NCBI GenBank assembly: GCA_043757265.1
Contig: JAYUQP010000040.1
Location: forward strand, 70,449-134,448
DNA length: 64,000 nucleotides
Origin: Bdellovibrionales bacterium
Lineage (GTDB): Bacteria; Bdellovibrionota; Bdellovibrionia; Bdellovibrionales; JAGQZY01
Direction of reading: 5' to 3'
Positions within the stretch are counted from its first letter, which is position 1, and every line of letters starts with the position of its first letter. A program made the translations under genes and the position numbers. The notes under the pieces were generated by a model. That model was given only the letters and a program-made list of their open reading frames with translations, did no database searches and was not told where the DNA came from. Positions 9,856 to 17,821 of the stretch are shown piece after piece.

Positions 9856-10407
9856 ATGAGACATAGAAGAAAAGTTAAAAATTTTAGCCGTGCTACGAAT
9901 CCTCGCAAAGCTCTTTTTAGATGCCTTGTGAGTTCGTTAGTAGAATGTGGTCGCATCAAAACGACCATCACGAAAGCCAAAGAACTGCGACGCCATGTAG
10001 AGAAGGCCATTACTGTAGGTAAAACTGCCAACTTAAATGCTCGACGAGTTTTATTGGCCAGTTACCCAAATCAGGCAGTTGTTGAAACAATCATGTCTGA
10101 TTTAGCTGTGCGGTTTAAAGAAAGAAGCGGCGGTTACACGCGCATCCTCAAATTAAGCAATCGCCCGGGTGACTGTGCTCCTCAGGCTTTTATTGAGTTT
10201 GTGGATTACGATGCGACAACGTATGCGGACAAAAAAGTAAAAGTGAAAGTTCGCGGGAAAGATCGCAAACTGGTCACGAAAGAATTGAACCGCAAAGAAA
10301 TGGTGGCTCACAATACAAAGGTGAATCAGCGTGAAGCATTTGCACGATACAAAAACATTAAAACTATGCAAAAAGAAGCTCGTCGCGTTTTTCGCGCGAA
10401 CAGCTAA
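9856..10407 (+). CDS. rplQ: 50S ribosomal protein L17 with a Lys-rich C-terminal extension of about 55 aa
   Basis: MRHRRKVKNFSRATNPRKALFR...GGYTRILKLSNRPGD is the L17 core. A basic tail follows EFVDYD. Confidence 0.94.
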   Translation: MRHRRKVKNFSRATNPRKALFRCLVSSLVECGRIKTTITKAKELRRHVEKAITVGKTANLNARRVLLASYPNQAVVETIMSDLAVRFKERSGGYTRILKLSNRPGDCAPQAFIEFVDYDATTYADKKVKVKVRGKDRKLVTKELNRKEMVAHNTKVNQREAFARYKNIKTMQKEARRVFRANS

Positions 10408-10417
10408 CTTTTAAAAA

Positions 10418-11002
10418 ATGGAAAAAACTCGAACTTTAAAAGCAGCCCTCATTACCGGAGGGCTTTTTTTTGTTTTGTTTCTTGCATGGCTCAAGCTTGA
10501 TAAAATTTATTCCACGGAATCGGCACCTACCTCGTTCGAGGTTGTAGGCTTCTTAGAAAAGAATGACTTCAAAACTCTGCCAGGACTTAGCTTCAAAGAT
10601 TTAAAGCAAACAGAGGTGAACCTCGAGGCTTTAACAAAGGATAAAATCGTTATTGTAAACTTTTGGGCTAGCTGGTGCGAACCTTGTGCGGAAGAGTTTC
10701 CGTCCATGGTGAAGCTTGTGAATCATTATAAGGGAAAGATTGTGATTTTAGCTCCATCGCACGACTCCTCCTTAGAGGACATCGAAACTTTTGCTCAAGC
10801 CTTCAGTCTGCAGTCAGTGCCTGATCTCCATCTTCTTTGGGACAAGGACAATACAGTGGGTAAGGCCTTCCAGGTGAATAAGCTCCCTGAGTCGTATATC
10901 TTCGGTAAGGACGGAAAACTGCTTCGCAAAGTGGTGGGCACTCGCGACTGGTTTAACGAAGACGCCAAGTTTTTCTTTGAATCCCAGCTCGCAAAGCCTT
11001 AG
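10418..11002 (+). CDS. Membrane-anchored thioredoxin-fold thiol:disulfide oxidoreductase (TlpA/ResA-like)
   Basis: N-terminal TM segment (ALITGGLFFVLFLAWL) and FWASWCEPC active site (CxxC). No obvious RBS. Starts 10 nt after the rplQ stop. Confidence 0.8.
   Translation: MEKTRTLKAALITGGLFFVLFLAWLKLDKIYSTESAPTSFEVVGFLEKNDFKTLPGLSFKDLKQTEVNLEALTKDKIVIVNFWASWCEPCAEEFPSMVKLVNHYKGKIVILAPSHDSSLEDIETFAQAFSLQSVPDLHLLWDKDNTVGKAFQVNKLPESYIFGKDGKLLRKVVGTRDWFNEDAKFFFESQLAKP
10444..10471 (+). terminator. Canonical intrinsic terminator of the alpha operon, lying inside codons 9-18 of the TlpA-like ORF
   Basis: 7-bp stem agccctc (10444-10450) pairs with gagggct (10458-10464), 5 of 7 pairs G:C. The loop is 7 nt and is followed by T7 (10465-10471). 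Confidence 0.7.
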
Positions 11003-11182
11003 GAGCTTGTTTAAACTGACTTTCAGGCGCGGGACCTCGAGAACCGCATAGAGTCACTTCAAACCTATGTCTTCTGCCGATGTCTCAGACACAGCTTTCT
11101 TTTTTACATACAGAGCTGGCCTCGATAGGAAAGTTCCGGGGCCTCTGGTAAAAGAATCAGCAACGCCAAAAAGGGAGGCTTT

Positions 11183-11710
11183 ATGGTATTTTTAATCACA
11201 ATTTTTACGTTTTTAAGTGGAGCTAATGAGATCGATAAGATGATCGACGGCGAAGCATACCGGTGCGAAAAACTACAAAGATCCGTCACCATGGACGACT
11301 GCGTTACCCAAGCCTTTAATGGAGGATTTAGCCAAGCTCAGGCCATTCAGCTTTGCCAAGGGCAAAACTCGGTGGCGCCGATAGATTGTGCAGTGCGCGC
11401 GTACAACAATGGTGTCGTTGATGTCTCTGGAGCCATTGAACTTTGTTGGAATGCTAGAGATATGGGGCCCGCAGATTGCGCAATTGACGCCAAAGACGAA
11501 CCGTTTAGCAGCGTCGAGCTATGTAAAAACGGAGGAAGCTTAGAACGCTCCGGTTGCGCGAAAGAGGTTCGTCAGGAGCTTTACTTGCAGGGGATTTACT
11601 TTCTAGATGAGGCCATCATGCTTTGCAAAGTTAATAACGCAGCAATCGTGATTCGCACTTTGCGGTCGTTTGAAAGAGCTCTTGAGAATAGGGTTGGTAA
11701 AGTTGAATAA
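11183..11710 (+). CDS. Secreted Cys-rich repeat protein, unknown function
   Basis: Strong RBS (GGGAGG) and a signal-like N-terminus. Four tandem Cys-bracketed units of about 27 aa, each (D)C-x(15-25)-(I/V/M)-x-LC. Confidence 0.7.
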   Translation: MVFLITIFTFLSGANEIDKMIDGEAYRCEKLQRSVTMDDCVTQAFNGGFSQAQAIQLCQGQNSVAPIDCAVRAYNNGVVDVSGAIELCWNARDMGPADCAIDAKDEPFSSVELCKNGGSLERSGCAKEVRQELYLQGIYFLDEAIMLCKVNNAAIVIRTLRSFERALENRVGKVE

Positions 11711-11769
11711 GTCTCAGCCCGTCAAGAAAAAGCCGCGCATTGACTACCAAGCCATCTAGGTAAGGTCGA

Positions 11770-12762
11770 ATGGCTTATATGGCGGCGCTCTTTATTTTGT
11801 TTTCTTCGCATGGCGCTGGTCCTCGATGCGTTGATGTTTTAGCAAAAGGGGTTTCGCTGTCGCATGTGCCGCGCATCGCTTCGCAAGTAGTGTTGTTTGA
11901 TACCTCCGAGGTCTTCAAACATGGTTCTGTTCTCAAAATCACAAACAAAAACGATTTAGCAGATTACAAGCAGACTCTGCTATCGCGCAGTGGACTGTAC
12001 GTGTTTTTGCTGGATCGGACTGGCCATCTAGCGATTGATCATCATCTTCCCCTTCCAGTCGACTATTCCATGGCGACTTTTCATGGCACTCACCGCGGCC
12101 TTCTTAGGCAACGAGAACAAGACTTCTCGTTTCTTGGTAAACCTGAAGTCATTTTCGCCGGGGAATTAATGGTATCTGCGGGGAAGATCGTTTGGATTTC
12201 TGATGGTTCCACTTTCTTTCACGACGCCCCCAAAGTTGCGCAAAGGCCCCGTGAAACGTCTCGTGAATTCCATTTCAGAACAAGGCGGGAGCGCGATCAA
12301 TTTTTCCAAAACACCACGTCTCGGCTGCTGACGATTAAGAATCTGATGACAAGTTGGGGCTGGATTGATGGAAACACAATAATAAAACAGATTGAAAATG
12401 CTTCGGGGTCCGACTCGCTTGCAAGTTGGGGTTTTAAGATTTCACGCAAACTGGCTCTCTTCGAAAGAATCTGCCGAGGCCAGCAGCCTTGTTGGGACTT
12501 TTATTTAAGTCTTGAGGGAAGATTAAATAGAGTCGCTGAAGCGGGGGGTTTTGATCTGCCTACCGAGCGGTTATTGCAGCTCGCCCAGCTCGACGCACAA
12601 AAAGCGTCTTTGCTCGTCCAGTCTCTAACGATGGCGCGGGATCTAGGGCTCGTGGCTGTTATGCATCAGCAGATCGACCCACAAAGTGGCGTTCCAAAAC
12701 AACCACTTCAAGATTTTGGAGTCGCGTTGGACTGGTATCTGCAATTTCTCGAAGCGAAGTAA
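11770..12762 (+). CDS. Hypothetical protein with hydrophobic N-terminus (possibly secreted)
   Basis: 330-aa ORF with no overlapping competitor. I recognise no family motif. Confidence 0.6.
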   Translation: MAYMAALFILFSSHGAGPRCVDVLAKGVSLSHVPRIASQVVLFDTSEVFKHGSVLKITNKNDLADYKQTLLSRSGLYVFLLDRTGHLAIDHHLPLPVDYSMATFHGTHRGLLRQREQDFSFLGKPEVIFAGELMVSAGKIVWISDGSTFFHDAPKVAQRPRETSREFHFRTRRERDQFFQNTTSRLLTIKNLMTSWGWIDGNTIIKQIENASGSDSLASWGFKISRKLALFERICRGQQPCWDFYLSLEGRLNRVAEAGGFDLPTERLLQLAQLDAQKASLLVQSLTMARDLGLVAVMHQQIDPQSGVPKQPLQDFGVALDWYLQFLEAK

Positions 12763-12862
12763 CTACATGGTAGAATTTGCTTAACTCTCATCCGTTTTTA
12801 GGGGCGATGTAGGTTATAAGCCTATGCTCAACAACTTCAACTAAGTGAGTGTTTACCAAGCC

Positions 12863-12890
12863 GAGATCCCTCGTTCCGCTCAGGACGACG
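12863..12890 (-). repeat. REP-like 28-nt repeat, copy 1 (inverted relative to copy 2)
   Basis: gagatccctcgttccgctcaggacgacg. Matches the reverse complement of copy 2 at 23 of 28 positions, counted by hand. Confidence 0.75.
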
Positions 12891-12947
12891 AGAGGGCGCG
12901 AGCTGTGTTTGACAATGATTATGGTCGCTCGAAGAGCTTTAAAATTC

Positions 12948-12975
12948 CGTCATCCTGAGCACAGCGAAGGATCTC
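12948..12975 (+). repeat. REP-like 28-nt repeat, copy 2
   Basis: cgtcatcctgagcacagcgaaggatctc. Forms an imperfect 28-bp inverted repeat with copy 1 across a 57-nt spacer, between convergent genes. Confidence 0.75.
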
Positions 12976-13060
12976 GCATAGAGCATGTTATTCGCAACAG
13001 GTTAAACTCAGTTCTTAAGACCGCTTTGATTCTAGAGTCGTCTTTTGCGGTTTTGCTCAT

Positions 13061-13081
13061 TGGCCGACAGATTTTCGGCCA
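13061..13081. terminator. GC-rich hairpin between convergent genes (possible bidirectional terminator)
   Basis: tggccga (13061-13067) pairs with tcggcca (13075-13081) around a 7-nt loop. No strong U-tract on either strand. Confidence 0.3.
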
Positions 13082-13101
13082 GGCAATTTAGATCATGTTA
13101 T

Positions 13102-14994
13102 TTAGAATTTAAATTTCTTCAAAAGATCTTTGGCTTTATCTTTCAGTTCGTCTTTGCCTTTATTTTTGGCTTTGTTTTTTTCTTCGTCGATTTTGCCCTT
13201 GAGAGAATTGATGGCGTCTTCCTGGTTCTTCAACGACACTCCGAATTTTTTCTCGAAATCTCCCACTTTGCCCATCAGTTTTTCTTTTTGAGTCTCGACT
13301 TTTTTATTCACTTCGTTGCGAAGCTTATCTTTCAACTCAGCCACTTGCTTGTTGAGTTCCTGTTTTAACGCTTCTTGAAGTTTTGTGCCGATATTGGAAT
13401 TCAAGTCTAAATCCAAGTTGCTCCACGATCCAGTGGCGCTTCCCTGTAATGACAATGCACCAAGGCTGCCCGAAATGTTGGTTAATATTTCCTTTACTTT
13501 CGACGATTTTGCTTCGATCACATAAGCAATTTTGTCGAAAGTTGCGTCAAAGTTAAGAGACACGCCTTCGTCCAACAATTCTACTTTTAGCAGGGACGAG
13601 CCAGTTGCTTGTTGAAAGCCAAAAGTGACGTCGCTTGATTTCGACAGCATCATATCTTTGAGTGGAAAGGCGCCAATTTTAATTGTGCCATATTCCTTTG
13701 CATTTTCTGTGCGATGATCGACGACAGCGTGAATAGCCACGTCGTACATCTGACTTTTAGGAAACTCCCCCGTAAGCTTCGCCTCCATGGGTTGTGCGAG
13801 GCTGGCGGGTGAATCCGAAATATTGAGAATTTCCCCACCAATGCTTCCGGAAAATCCTTCAGCACTGGCTTTGGAATTCACATTGGCTTTTTGAATCCAT
13901 AGCTGAGGATAGCCCTTTGTGATGCGAAATTTAAAGTCTTTACCGGTTTGCCGCTCACGCGGTGTGATGGCTTGTTTTTGGCGATCTTTTTTTGGCGGGG
14001 GCATATACTCCCGCGCAAGCCGCATGTACTTTTCGGCGCGGTAGATTTCATTCGCAAACTGGCGTCCAAAAATCCGCATTGCCAAATCCTTTGGATCTAG
14101 CGAGGGAATTCCGAGCTTCCCTTCAAGGTCTTTTAAGTCTTCATCGACATATTTTTTGATATCCGTATAGAGATTCTTGTAAAGCTTCAGATCACCAGAA
14201 AGCTCGCCGCTGGTGTTTTTGATTGTTTTGTATTTTTCGTCTACTTCCTTATAAAGGGTTTCAGCCTCTTTAACTGCAGCAAGAATCACCTTTGGATCTT
14301 TGCTATCTACTTTTAAAGCTTTCACGCGATTTTCGATTTTTTTAAGCTCTTCTTTTTGTGGCAGTTTGTCGATGCGTTCTTTCCACAGTTTTTCTTTGGC
14401 TTCGAGCTCGGTCTCCATTTTTTCAATAAACTGGGAGGTCTTTAGATTGCCTTCCATCTCCTTCAGTTTATCTTTGTAATTATCGCCTTGGGCAATGGCC
14501 GCAAGATCGCCAAAAATATTGCCTTCTAAAACCTTGTTGGTCACTTCGAGCGCGCTCGACTTCATACTTTGCACGTTATCGTCGGCGCTTTTTTTAACCG
14601 GTAGTACCCGACCTGGGCTTTTGCGAACGGTGTTAATCATAACATCCGCGACCGAAGCTAACGGAACCACGACTTTGCCGCGAAGCAAAGCATCCCAAAG
14701 CGCTTTAAACTGAATGGTGCCAATTTGTAAAACGTTGTGCGTTGGAGCTTCTTTATTGGTAACTTGAATGTTGCGAATATCGAGCGAAGCATTCAAAAAG
14801 CTTGTTGAAAGAGAATCGATATTTACTTCGGCGCCATTCGCGTAGGTTCCACCCATCTCTATGCCAGCTTTTAGGTGAATGTCGAAGAAGAATTTAAAAT
14901 AGGCAAAAAACAGCAAAAAGACGATGGCGATGGGAATGATCGCTTCGAAACGGATCGGCCCCTTTTTTTTCTTGATTGCTTTTTCTTTGCTCAT
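13102..14994 (-). CDS. N-terminally anchored AsmA-like envelope protein with a central coiled coil (recalled as the TIGR03545 family)
   Basis: 630 aa. KKKKG followed by a TM segment. The N-terminal region (EVNIDSLSTSFLNASLDIRNIQVTNKE...) resembles AsmA/TamB N-termini. Long K/E-rich heptad region and a Lys-rich tail. Confidence 0.6.
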   Translation of the reverse strand: MSKEKAIKKKKGPIRFEAIIPIAIVFLLFFAYFKFFFDIHLKAGIEMGGTYANGAEVNIDSLSTSFLNASLDIRNIQVTNKEAPTHNVLQIGTIQFKALWDALLRGKVVVPLASVADVMINTVRKSPGRVLPVKKSADDNVQSMKSSALEVTNKVLEGNIFGDLAAIAQGDNYKDKLKEMEGNLKTSQFIEKMETELEAKEKLWKERIDKLPQKEELKKIENRVKALKVDSKDPKVILAAVKEAETLYKEVDEKYKTIKNTSGELSGDLKLYKNLYTDIKKYVDEDLKDLEGKLGIPSLDPKDLAMRIFGRQFANEIYRAEKYMRLAREYMPPPKKDRQKQAITPRERQTGKDFKFRITKGYPQLWIQKANVNSKASAEGFSGSIGGEILNISDSPASLAQPMEAKLTGEFPKSQMYDVAIHAVVDHRTENAKEYGTIKIGAFPLKDMMLSKSSDVTFGFQQATGSSLLKVELLDEGVSLNFDATFDKIAYVIEAKSSKVKEILTNISGSLGALSLQGSATGSWSNLDLDLNSNIGTKLQEALKQELNKQVAELKDKLRNEVNKKVETQKEKLMGKVGDFEKKFGVSLKNQEDAINSLKGKIDEEKNKAKNKGKDELKDKAKDLLKKFKF

Positions 14995-15524
14995 TCAACA
15001 CCTCCGTACAAATTGTCGTAACTGACGTACCACTTATAAAAGGTGGTCGCCTTGAAAAACTTCCAGGCTTTGGTTTCTTTGACTCGGGCAACGACAGTCG
15101 TGCGGTACTTACTCACTGCATACTTTGACCCGTAAAAAACTGCTGGAATCAGGGCAATGGAAACAATGCCCGAGCCCATAACAATGCTGTTGTAAAATCG
15201 TGTCCACGGAACAATGGGCATATTGTAAAGCGTGGTAAAAAGCGGCTCCAAAGAATCCATAGTGAGCACTGCCGAACCTACTGCATGAAAAACAGGATCG
15301 AGAAAAAATGCGATGAACTTAAAAAAGAAAGCCGCTAAAAAAGCTGCGCCAATCTGAATTCGGAAAATAAATAATAGAAAAAACACCAGCACGCTTTGCA
15401 ATGAGAACGCCGGTGTCATGCCGAGAACAAAGCCCAGCGATATACCCCAGGCAACGGGGGTGGTTTCGTTTTCGGAATGGAGAAGTTTTACAAGCTCAAA
15501 AAGCTGTTTTAATAAGACGGTCAT
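14991..15524 (-). CDS. DUF2062-like small polytopic membrane protein (recalled as TIGR03546, partner of TIGR03545)
   Basis: Start moved to MTVLLKQ (ATG at 15524, preceded by aaagga). ATGA overlap with the downstream 630-aa gene. Contains GISLGFVLGMTP and multiple TM segments. The longer track start at 15671 would invade the divergent promoter region. Confidence 0.6.
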   Translation of the reverse strand: MTVLLKQLFELVKLLHSENETTPVAWGISLGFVLGMTPAFSLQSVLVFFLLFIFRIQIGAAFLAAFFFKFIAFFLDPVFHAVGSAVLTMDSLEPLFTTLYNMPIVPWTRFYNSIVMGSGIVSIALIPAVFYGSKYAVSKYRTTVVARVKETKAWKFFKATTFYKWYVSYDNLYGGVE

Positions 15525-15609
15525 GGGTGTCCTTTTCGTTGTAAGACGATGATACCAGGGTTTTTGCGGAGAGCAACCGGTCGAGTGTGCAAGGCGTCTG
15601 AGTTCCAGC

Positions 15610-15639
15610 TTGTGAGCAGTGGCTGTCATCAGATATATA
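15610..15639 (+). promoter_or_regulatory. Candidate sigma70-type promoter for the glycan operon starting at 15704
   Basis: TTGTGA (15610-15615), 18-nt spacer, TATATA (15634-15639). A GAGGAG RBS precedes the 15704 start. Confidence 0.3.
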
Positions 15640-15703
15640 AGAAGTATTGCCGAAGCGAAGGCTGAAGGCAAAAAGCCCTTGCGCTAGATTATGAGGAGCA
15701 AAC

Positions 15704-16801
15704 ATGTCCATTCCGTATCTCGATCTGTCCGTTCAGTATAAAAAAATTCAAAGCAAAATTGAACCCAAGATTTTACAAATTTTAGCAAGCGGCCAGTACG
15801 TGTTGGGTCCAGAGGTTTCTGCCTGCGAGAGCGAGCTTGCGGAGTTTACAGGAACAAAGTTTGCGTCTGCTGTTTCTAATGGCACTGTGGCTCTGTTAAA
15901 CGCACTTTTAGCGGTAGGAGTGAAGCCTGGTGACGAAGTTGTCACCACAGGATTTTCGTTTTTCGCTACGGCTGGAGTAATTTCGCTGTTGGGAGCTCAT
16001 CCAGTATTTGTCGATATTGAGCCCGATACTTACAACATCAATGTGGGACTGCTTGAAAAAGCCATCACACCGAAAACGAAAGCCATCATGCCGGTTTCTC
16101 TTTATGGGCAAATTTCAGATATGGATGATATCAACAGCATTGCACAAAAGCATGGACTGTTCGTGATCGAAGATGCTGCTCAAAGTTTTGGCGCACTCTA
16201 CAAAGGAAAGCGTAGCTGCTCGCTGAGCCATATTGGTTGCACAAGTTTTTTTCCGGCAAAGCCATTGGGCTGTGCGGGTGATGGTGGCGCCGTTTTTACG
16301 TCCGATCCAGAGTTAGCAAAAAAATTAGATTGGATTCGAGTTCACGGGCAGACAAAAAGATACCATCACGAATACATTGGATTCAATGGACGGTTAGATC
16401 CAATTCAGTGCGCCTTCGTTCGCGAAAAACTTAAATTCTACGATACTGATTTGGCCGAGCGCCGTGAAATTGGACAGGCTTACAATGATGCCTTCGCTGG
16501 CCTTAAGAATGTAAGCATTCCTGTCGTGCGCGCGGATCGCAACACTGTGTTTGCGCAGTACACACTGGCGGTGCCAGAGCGCGAGGAGTTTATAAAAAGT
16601 TTGGAGCAGTCGGGTGTGCCGACATCCATTCACTATCCCTCTGGAATGCACGAACAACCGGTTTACAAAAATTTGCCCAAAGTTTCTTTACCAGTTACGG
16701 AAAAACTATCAAAGCAGGTTTTTAGCCTTCCACTTTACCCCGGAATGCCAAAAGCTAATGTAAAGACCGTGATCGAAGCAGTCCAGAAGGCCGCAAATTA
16801 G
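15704..16801 (+). CDS. DegT/DnrJ/EryC1/StrS-family sugar aminotransferase (PLP-dependent)
   Basis: N-terminus IPYLDLSVQYKKI, followed by GTVALLNALLAVGV and the PLP-lysine region SFFPAKPLGCAGDGGAV. Confidence 0.9.
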   Translation: MSIPYLDLSVQYKKIQSKIEPKILQILASGQYVLGPEVSACESELAEFTGTKFASAVSNGTVALLNALLAVGVKPGDEVVTTGFSFFATAGVISLLGAHPVFVDIEPDTYNINVGLLEKAITPKTKAIMPVSLYGQISDMDDINSIAQKHGLFVIEDAAQSFGALYKGKRSCSLSHIGCTSFFPAKPLGCAGDGGAVFTSDPELAKKLDWIRVHGQTKRYHHEYIGFNGRLDPIQCAFVREKLKFYDTDLAERREIGQAYNDAFAGLKNVSIPVVRADRNTVFAQYTLAVPEREEFIKSLEQSGVPTSIHYPSGMHEQPVYKNLPKVSLPVTEKLSKQVFSLPLYPGMPKANVKTVIEAVQKAAN

Positions 16802-17821
16802 ATGTACGTCATTGCATTTGCAGCTTCGTTCAGTTTTGTTTTGTCTCTCCTATTGACGATTTATTATCGTCGAGTGGCGTTGAAATATGGAATCTTAGAT
16901 GTTCCGAACGAACGAAGTTCGCACAAAATGCCAATTCCGCGAGGATCTGGGATTACATTTTTTCTAAGTTTTAATTTAGTTCTCGCAGTTTTGGTGCAAC
17001 AAGATATTTTAACCTTGAAGTACACATTCCCGGTGTTTTTAGGTGGGCCGGTTATTCTGCTCCTCGGTTACTGGGATGATATCAGTTCGATTCCTGCGGG
17101 CGTTCGTCTCACTGTGCATGTTCTTGTTTCGTTTTTTATTTTCATTCTCATCTCGTCAGGATTTTCGAAAGATGTAACCATTTCTTTTCTGCCGGCATGG
17201 CCGTGGTTAACCACCGCCTTTTGTATTTTGTTTATCGCTTGGTTTATAAATCTTTATAATTTTATGGACGGCTGCGACGGGTTAGCGACGAGTGTCGGTA
17301 TGGTTGGGTCAGGCCTCATTTCTTTACTTTCGTATATTTCTGGACATGAAGATCTCGCCGTGACCTATCTGATTTTGGCCTATTCCTTAGCAGGCTTTTT
17401 AGTCTTCAACTGGCATCCTGCAAAAGTTTTTATGGGTGATGCCGGTGCTTATTTTTTAGGTTACGTTTTTGGCGCACTGGCTCTGGTCTCAAAAATGTAC
17501 TACGACAGTTCGCTTTACATTCATCTCATCGTATTTGGTTTGATGATTGTGGATGCCACCTGGACATTGCTTCGGCGAGCGCTGCGTGGAGAGCGAGTCT
17601 TCAACGCCCATCGCCAACATGGATTTCAGAAATTAATGCACCAAGGGTGGGGTCATGCTCGGGTCACGTCGCTGTATGTTTTGATTACGGTGTTGTGGTT
17701 GTTTCCCATGGCTGCTTTTTGCATGCGCTATCCGACTTTGAGTTTTGCATTTTTAGTGGCAGCCTACGTGCCGGTTTTTGGTTTTGTTTTGTACCTAAAA
17801 GCGGGTGAGGCTGAAATATGA
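16802..17821 (+). CDS. Polyprenyl-phosphate sugar-1-phosphate transferase (WecA/WbpL/MraY family initiating enzyme)
   Basis: About 10 TM segments. Contains NLYNFMDGCDGL and VFMGDAGAYFLGY. Confidence 0.88.
   Translation: MYVIAFAASFSFVLSLLLTIYYRRVALKYGILDVPNERSSHKMPIPRGSGITFFLSFNLVLAVLVQQDILTLKYTFPVFLGGPVILLLGYWDDISSIPAGVRLTVHVLVSFFIFILISSGFSKDVTISFLPAWPWLTTAFCILFIAWFINLYNFMDGCDGLATSVGMVGSGLISLLSYISGHEDLAVTYLILAYSLAGFLVFNWHPAKVFMGDAGAYFLGYVFGALALVSKMYYDSSLYIHLIVFGLMIVDATWTLLRRALRGERVFNAHRQHGFQKLMHQGWGHARVTSLYVLITVLWLFPMAAFCMRYPTLSFAFLVAAYVPVFGFVLYLKAGEAEI

Noticed and set aside
12848-12900. Possible SRP (4.5S) RNA, because gtgtttaccaag resembles the GUUUACCAGG segment of domain IV
   Set aside because: The rest of the conserved domain IV (the GGAA tetraloop and the AGCAGCC-type 3' strand) is absent. 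The segment is explained by the REP-like repeat.
12849-13368. Track ORFs 12849..13091(+) and 13045..13368(+)
   Set aside because: The first is a translation of the REP-like repeats (RHPEHSEGSR) in a convergent intergenic region. The second is antisense to the Lys-rich tail of the 630-aa gene, and its F/L-rich composition is typical of a poly-K complement.
15525-15703. Search for an ops/JUMPStart element (GGCGGTAG) upstream of the glycan operon
   Set aside because: The motif is not present in this leader or in the other divergent leaders I read, so there is no evidence for RfaH-type control.
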